From the human T2T-CHM13v2.0 reference genome, Homo sapiens, in NCBI RefSeq assembly GCF_009914755.1, contig NC_060940.1: 64,000 bases of DNA; one strand, given 5' to 3'. Below, piece by piece: positions 56,564 to 64,000 of this stretch. Below the pieces are notes generated by a model. That model made no database searches. It was given only the letters and a program-made list of their open reading frames with translations, and was not told the origin of the DNA. The translations under genes and the position numbers were made by a program. How positions within the stretch are numbered: position 1 is the first letter of the stretch; each line of letters opens with the position of its first letter.

Positions 56564-57555
56564 CTGAATTAAAATAAATTAAGAAGGAAGAAAGAAAGTC
56601 ACTTAGGTGCTAGGTAAGAGCAGTGTCTTCATACATTCAGTTGCTCAGTCCTATTTACCACAATGTACTCCAATAAAGTTGTCTACAGTTGTCACTAGCC
56701 AAGCTCAAGAGCATTTGCCAAATACTTTTCCAACTGGTTTCTCTACCTTGACTGCAGGTTTTTCTGTTTGAGTCATTGATGGGGACTGCTTATCTTTGTT
56801 CTCAGTAATCCCTGGAGGTCTTTACAACATGAATATGAAGGCTGCCTCTTTGCTTTCATCTGCCTACTTGTTAATCAGATTACTAAACCTGGTGCTCCCG
56901 GCAAAGCCAGATTTAAGTGGAAAAGAGTAAATAAAGAACATTTTCACTTAGAGACCTAATTGGGTCATAAGAATCTAGAATTTGAATTTTGCTGCAAAGA
57001 CACTGGTATTAAGTCAAGTGTGCTGTGCTTTATTAAAAGCAGATGTGCAATTTCATTTAACTTGCAGAAATATCAATTACAAAAAACAGGATTATGGTAT
57101 TTATAATTTCCCATTTTCCTCAACTATTTTTCTATAACCAAGAGGTAAACCAGAGCTTGCTCATTCTAAGTACATAGAAAAATACTTGTCATTATGCAGC
57201 TGGAAATGAGACTATATTCTTTATCATTTACTTTTCCATCTTGTCATGGAACAAAGGAAAGACAGGAGAATAGGTACTTCACATTTTTTTTCCTGCCTTT
57301 AAGGCACTTGGGGCATAGATGAAAAAGCTCTAAATTAAAATCAAAAGAACTGAGTTCTATTAATAGTTCTGGCTCTGACAGATTAGCTTTGAGAACATGG
57401 ACAAATTGATTACCTCTAAGTTTTAGTTTCTTTAACTGCAGAAAATTGTAAGAAATAATAATATATGGGAGAATATTAGGTAAACTGCAAAGCATTTTAC
57501 AGACATGAAAGATGATTATTACTACAGATAAGTAGCAGATGGTGTTTTGGGGTAG

Positions 57556-57684
<129 letters not shown>

Positions 57685-57982
57685 TAAGTAGCTGGGACTA
57701 CGGGCATGTACCACCACTCCCGGCTAACTTTTGTATTTTTAGTGGGGATGAGGTTTCGCCACGTTGGCCAGGCTGGTCTTGAACTCAAGTGATCCGCCCA
57801 CCTCGAACTCCCAAAGTGCTGGGATTACAGGCGTAAGCCACCACACCCAGACCTGGGGTAGAAATCTTTAATAATAGAAAGCGAATTTGAAAACTATAAT
57901 CCTTACTGGTTTGCGTTCCCTTTTGCCAAGTTAAAAAACTGGAACCCTGTTGTGTCACTGATTTGTCCTCTGATCCTTATAC

Positions 57983-58041
57983 ATCTAACCTATGATCCCA
58001 CAGGGCCTTCACTGGAGCACCTGTGGGATCATAGGTTAGAT
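57983..58041. repeat. Perfect 22-bp inverted repeat with 15-nt spacer
   Basis: atctaacctatgatcccacagg (57983-58004) / cctgtgggatcataggttagat (58020-58041). Confidence 0.97.
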
Positions 58042-59240
58042 CACAAATTTATCAGAGAACCATAATCAAAAGGAAATAAAGGAAAAAACCACAAACTTCT
58101 ATTATCCTGAAAGAAGCTGGTAATCCAGAAGAGAGAAACATGAAAGATTTCCAATATTCTACGATAGAAGTTATTTATACCAAAACTTATTGGTGGCAAT
58201 TTGGGAAACCTACAAAATGCTGTGGTTAGCTGGTAGGAAAATTACTATCGAATGATTACCAATGTTACTTATGACATTTGTTGACAAAGACCAAAGCATT
58301 TACATCTTTTTCTGAGAAAAGTTGGAAGCAACATGGGAGTCTGCAAGTCTCTGCAAGAACTGTATCAGTTAAATATCCATGACTGACAGGCAAACGTCAA
58401 GAAACAATACATGCACTAGACTGCAAATATTTACAGGCGAAAATGAATGCCCTCTAGAGCCTAGTGGGCTAACAGCTCCAGGGATCATTATCATTGCCAC
58501 TCTGGAATTTAGTGACAGTAGCGTGGGAAATAAACACTGAAAATGTGAACTGCTACATGATTATACACCTATTCCAGCCCCTGGCATGCCTAGGAAAACC
58601 TGGGAAAATGCTTCAGAGAGATGACTAGAGAATAAGACTGGCAGTTATCTTTGGCCTAGGAGAGCCTGGGCCCACACTTACTCAGCCATGAACGAAGAGA
58701 ATTTCACAGTTCATGATTATGGTGCATTTGGGAGAGTAAGTACTGAACAAGATGATAATTATGCTTACGCTTTACAGCTTACTACCTGCTGAGAAATCAC
58801 TAAATCAATCACCAAGCAGAGAACAGGGAAAACTAATGGTCAACCACAGACAGGTATGGAAGTCTGCTGTATTAGGAAGAAAAATTTGAAAAAGAAAGAA
58901 AAAAGGGGCCAGGAACAGTGGCTCATGCCTGTAATCCCAGCAGTTTGGGAGGCCAAAACGGGCAGACTGCTTGAGCCCAGTAGTTTGAGAACAGCCTGGG
59001 CAACACGGCGAGACCCCATCACTTAAAAAACAAAACAACAAAAAAGAAATAAAAATAAGCTCCCCCAAAATGAATTACTTTAAAACATTCGTCAATTTGA
59101 CTGGGGATGGCTACTGTAGTAGAACACTAAGGACATTTTTCTCCCTTTGGATCATTTAGGCCTTCAATTTTTGTGGGCAAAAGCTAAAAACCCTGGGTCC
59201 ATAAAAATAAAAATAAAGCGCTTCTTCCCTACTTGGCTAA

Positions 59241-59611
<371 letters not shown>

Positions 59612-61000
59612 TGAAGCCACCCTCTAGATTTGGAAAGTACTTTTCTTCTGGACACACAGGGTGATGTGGGAAGTACTTATGTATCTTTCAAGCTGAGTCA
59701 CTAGTTCTTTCAACAAGCTACATTTTAAAAAGCCCTGGGTGTGAATTAGGTGCCTCGAAATAAAGTCAAACCAGTCTATTTTCTTTTTTCTGTATCCCTT
59801 ACTACAAGTGTAGCCTCAGTAAAAAGACAGGTTTAGGCCGGGCATGGTGGCTTACACCTGTAATCCCAGCACTTTGGGAGGCTGAGGCGGGAAGATCACC
59901 TGAGGTCCAGAGTTTGAGACCAGCCTAGCCAACATGATGAAACCCCATCTCTACTAAAAATACAAAAATTAGCTGGGTGTGGTGGTGGGCAACTGTAATC
60001 CCAGCTACTCAGGAGGTTGAGGCAGGAGAATCATTTGAACCCGGGAGGTGGATGCTGCTATGAGCAGAGGTTGCGACATTACACTCCAGCCTGGGCAACA
60101 AGAGTGAGACTCTGTCTCAAAAAAAAAAAAGGTAGGTTCATTCCTAACCCCCGCCACAACAACCTTTCTGTGCTGCTTTAAGGATGAAGTGCAAATATAG
60201 GCTGTCTCCTGATTCATTTTTGGTCTGGGTCCCAGGACCCACACTGGCACAGAGGTTTCCCAAGGAAGTCACCAGTAACAACTGCACCCTAGAAACAACA
60301 CTGTGGCAAAATCAAACGGCAGATTCCAGAAGCCTTCCCTCCTGCCCAGGTTGGTATTTTAAAGAAGTTACATTTGTCTGTTTTCCCACCATGGGATGCA
60401 TAGACACGCATGCGTGCGCACACACACACACAGACACACGTGCACACATGCACTGGTGTCTACTCTGGGTCAAGGTGAGTAACTAAAGCTAAGACATAAT
60501 TTTACTCCACATCCAAATTCTGTAAAACTGTTGTGTTTCAGACCGCAAAGTTTTGTTTCAGACTGTAAAAATCTGATTTTACACGATTATCAGGAAAATA
60601 AAATTCGAGTTGATATCCAGTTTTTAATAAAAATGCTAACTATAAAATAATAGACTGATTGTGGCTTTCTAAAGTTACACTGAGGGAGGAGAGCCTCAAG
60701 TTTCTACTATTCTAGGATATAAAGCGAAACTATCTCTTGTGCTCCCCAAAGGAAAGTTCACTGCACAGGGCACACTGGTACACATGGTACGTTAAGTTGC
60801 TCTAAGACTCCTATCCAGTAAAAAGTAATCAACATGGACAACAGGAATGAAAGGGATGTACTAAATCTCTAATACATTAACTTGTGTTTTGTACCTGACC
60901 TACAGTTATTCAACTGTTTATAAACGCTAGATCAAGAAGAACTTTATCTCCCCAAGCAAAGTATGCTAACTGTGAGGTTTAGTGATAGAAAAAGGACTCC

Positions 61001-61080
61001 CACCATGGCACACGTTTACCCATGTAACAAACCTGCACATGTATCCTGGAACTTAACATTAAATTAAATTAAAAAGAAAA
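61001..61080 (+). mobile_element. Severely 5'-truncated L1P 3' end
   Basis: caccatggcacacgtttacccatgtaacaaacctgcacat...ggaactta followed by an A-rich tail. Confidence 0.75.
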
Positions 61081-61647
61081 TGGCTCTTCCATGCATAGTT
61101 GCCCTAGTATATGAAGAAAAGATAGTGTGATTTCAAAAATGACATGCTCTCTTGATCCTTCAGGCCAGGAATTCATGCCATGCGGTAAATTAGTAACAGA
61201 AAAAATTTAGAAACTTAGAAAAAATTTCAATTCATATCAACTCTTTTTCAGCCTCAACTCAATCAAATCTATTACAACAGGCAAATTCTCTCTTGGTAGA
61301 GGGCCTGTCGTCATTGATTGGAACCTGGTTTGCCTTGATTCTGAGTTTAGGAAATCCAGTCTAGCAAGCTGCCCTTTCTTTAGGAACTCTAGCAAATAAT
61401 GCATTCTATCTATCTAAGAAGACAATTCTTTTTATTGATTATGAGCTCAAACTTTTGCTCTGTAGCAAATGTCACATTCTTACTAAGATATGCCTGAAGA
61501 AGCAACGTTCAGTCTCTGATCATTAGTACCTAATGTTCAATGTGATACCACAGATGATCCATATAAAGCAAGGTGGGACAGCATCAGGAAGAGGCTCTTC
61601 AGCTGATAAATGTGACATTCAAAATGGCAATAGCAATGTCTCCTTAC

Positions 61648-61862
61648 CGCCTGCTGGCAGTTCATTCCAAGGTTCCCCTTCTCCCCTCGAACTACTTTCA
61701 TCAGACAGTGTAGGGTCCGCCCTTTTCGATGTAATCCGGAACAATGGTGTTCAATCTCCCCCCGACAGCTTAGGATGATCTCAGGGCTCAGAGAAAAGTC
61801 TTCCATCAACATGCGTCGGTAATCCAGCATCTCCCCCTGGCACTCACTGCTGACTTGTCGCC
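61648..61862 (-). CDS. GLG1: GLG1 coding exon (RQVSSECQGE...NCQQA), 215 bp
   Basis: AG acceptor, GTAAGG donor, phase 1-0 continuous with neighbouring exons. Confidence 0.97.
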
Positions 61863-63187
61863 CTAAGTTAGGATGTAAGTCATAACATTACGAAGGGTGA
61901 TGCTATGTATTAGCATCAGAAATCACCACCTATTAAAAGTACATATTTCTATCTGTAATACAATATACCTATCAGACATGCTAACATCTGAAAAGTTTAG
62001 AATTAGCAAAAGCTTTAGCAGCATAAAATAGGCTTAGACTCCAGATATTCAGGCTTCTCCTGTCACTGTTCTGCATGAAACAGGTTTTATACTACTGCAC
62101 TAATAATGCAAATGCTTTGCCCATGGAAATCCTATCAATAAGATAACTATTAGGGTAAAAATGAAAGCCAAAGAACAATCTCCATTGGCCTACACAATTA
62201 AAGCTTTTAGAAAAGACTACATTTAAGATATTCACTATAAGCTCCCCCAACTTCTTTGAGCTGTAAATGCCAATGGGGAAAACTTTTTTTTTTTTTTTTT
62301 TTGAGACGGAGTCTCACTGTGTCACCCAGGCTGGAGTGCAGTGGCGCGATCTCGGCTCACTGCAAGCTCCGTCTCTTGGGTTCACGCCATTCTCCTGCCT
62401 CAGCCTCTCCAAGTAGCTGGGACTACAGGCGCCTGCCACCACGCCCGGCTAATTTTTTTGTATTTTCAGTAGAGACGGGGTTTCACCGTGGTCTCGATCT
62501 CCTGACCTCGTGATCTGCCTACCTCGGCCTCCCAAAGTGCTGGGATTACAAGCGTGAGCCACCGCGCCTGGCCAGGAAAACTTAAAACAAAAAGATTAAA
62601 ACAAAACAAAACAAAACAAAAACAGGTCACCCAGACGGTTTGTTTAGTGATAAAGCCAAAATTTGAAGCCAAGTCTGACCCATGTGCTAAATCATGCTAC
62701 CCTGAGTCTCCTCAAAATGTTGCACAATGTGTATTTCAAAAATGAAAACTAGGCCAGGCGCAGTGGCTCACGCCTGTAATCCCAGCACTTTGGGAGGCCG
62801 AGGCAGGCAGATCACGAGGTCAGGAGATCGAGACTATCATGGCCAACATGGTGAAATCCCATCTCTACTAAAAATACAAAAATTAGCTGGGCATAGTGGT
62901 GCGTGCCTGTAATCCAAGCTATTTCAGAGGCTGAACTAGGGAGTCGGAGGTAGCAGTGAGCTGAGATTGTGCCACTGCACTACAGCCTGGTGACAAAGCG
63001 AGACTCTGTCTCAAAAAAAAAAAAAAGAAAAGACAAGAAAACTATTCAGCTGGGCACAGTGGCTCACGCCTGTAATCCTAGCACTCTGGGAGCTAAGGTG
63101 GGAGGATCACGTGAGGGCAGGAGTTTTGAGACCCGGGATGCCAACGTGGCAAAACCTCATCTCTATTAAAAAAAAAAAAAATTGCTA

Positions 63188-63526
<339 letters not shown>

Positions 63527-63602
63527 TTATATATATAAAGCTTTAGAGTGTGAATCCAAAAAGGAACAGAAATGATAATTAAAAAAAAAATATGAATGCT
63601 AC

Positions 63603-63786
63603 CTCTGTGTACAGCTGACTCCAGGCACATTAACAAGTAGGAGAGCCTGGCTTCACGCGATCGCGGAAGGTTTTCCACATTGCACCGGTATTTCTTCAAG
63701 TCACTTTTACAGGATTTGGCCAATGAATAACTGACTTTATAATCCTGGGCAATCAGCTTTTGGCGGGTTGTAAGTGCTTCTCGACA
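63603..63786 (-). CDS. GLG1: GLG1 coding exon (CREALTTRQK...SAVHR/G), 184 bp, phase 0-1
   Basis: Translation matches the GLG1 Cys-rich repeat region as I recall it; acceptor TTCCTCAG, donor G|GTAGCA; length fits 61 codons + 1 nt. Confidence 0.97.
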
Positions 63787-64000
63787 CTGAGGAAAGAGTA
63801 CAGCAACAGCCGTGAGACCACTCATGTAACTTTACTGTTGACGTGTACCACTAAGATGAGCACAGCGACTCAGCCAAGTACATGTCAACAACTGCAGTTA
63901 TTACCAACATATCTATCTTTAAGTTTGGTTAAAATGTTCACAATTGAGCTAAACTAGTGTGGCATGAGACAGGGGTAAGTGGGTGGGGAACCTAGAAATT

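Overview
Human (primate) genomic DNA, very Alu-rich, not prokaryotic. It holds the 3' part of GLG1 (Golgi glycoprotein 1 / MG-160 / ESL-1 / CFR-1) on the minus strand. Twenty consecutive coding exons (63786 down to 23816) splice at GT-AG sites with matching phases into the Cys-rich GLG1 repeats, the TM helix and the short tail ending ELKDR*. An alternative terminal exon (22705-22780) adds 24 aa (GLG2 isoform), and the 3' UTR runs to a distal AATAAA at 18101. Bases 1 to ~18000 are repeat-dense intergenic DNA; from memory this is 16q23.1 towards CLEC18B, which I cannot verify here. Most long ORFs in the supplied track are Alu read-through artefacts. Best second-look items: an inverted templated insertion copying an Alu-Alu junction (14482-15760), a GGAA-rich intronic microsatellite (candidate EWSR1-FLI1 element), a perfect 22-bp non-repeat hairpin (57983-58041), a possible cryptic in-frame exon with a hydrophobic segment (50022-50513), a Y3 RNA retrocopy with an Alu in its tail, and a stop codon that overlaps a splice donor. 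I found no convincing wholly new gene system.
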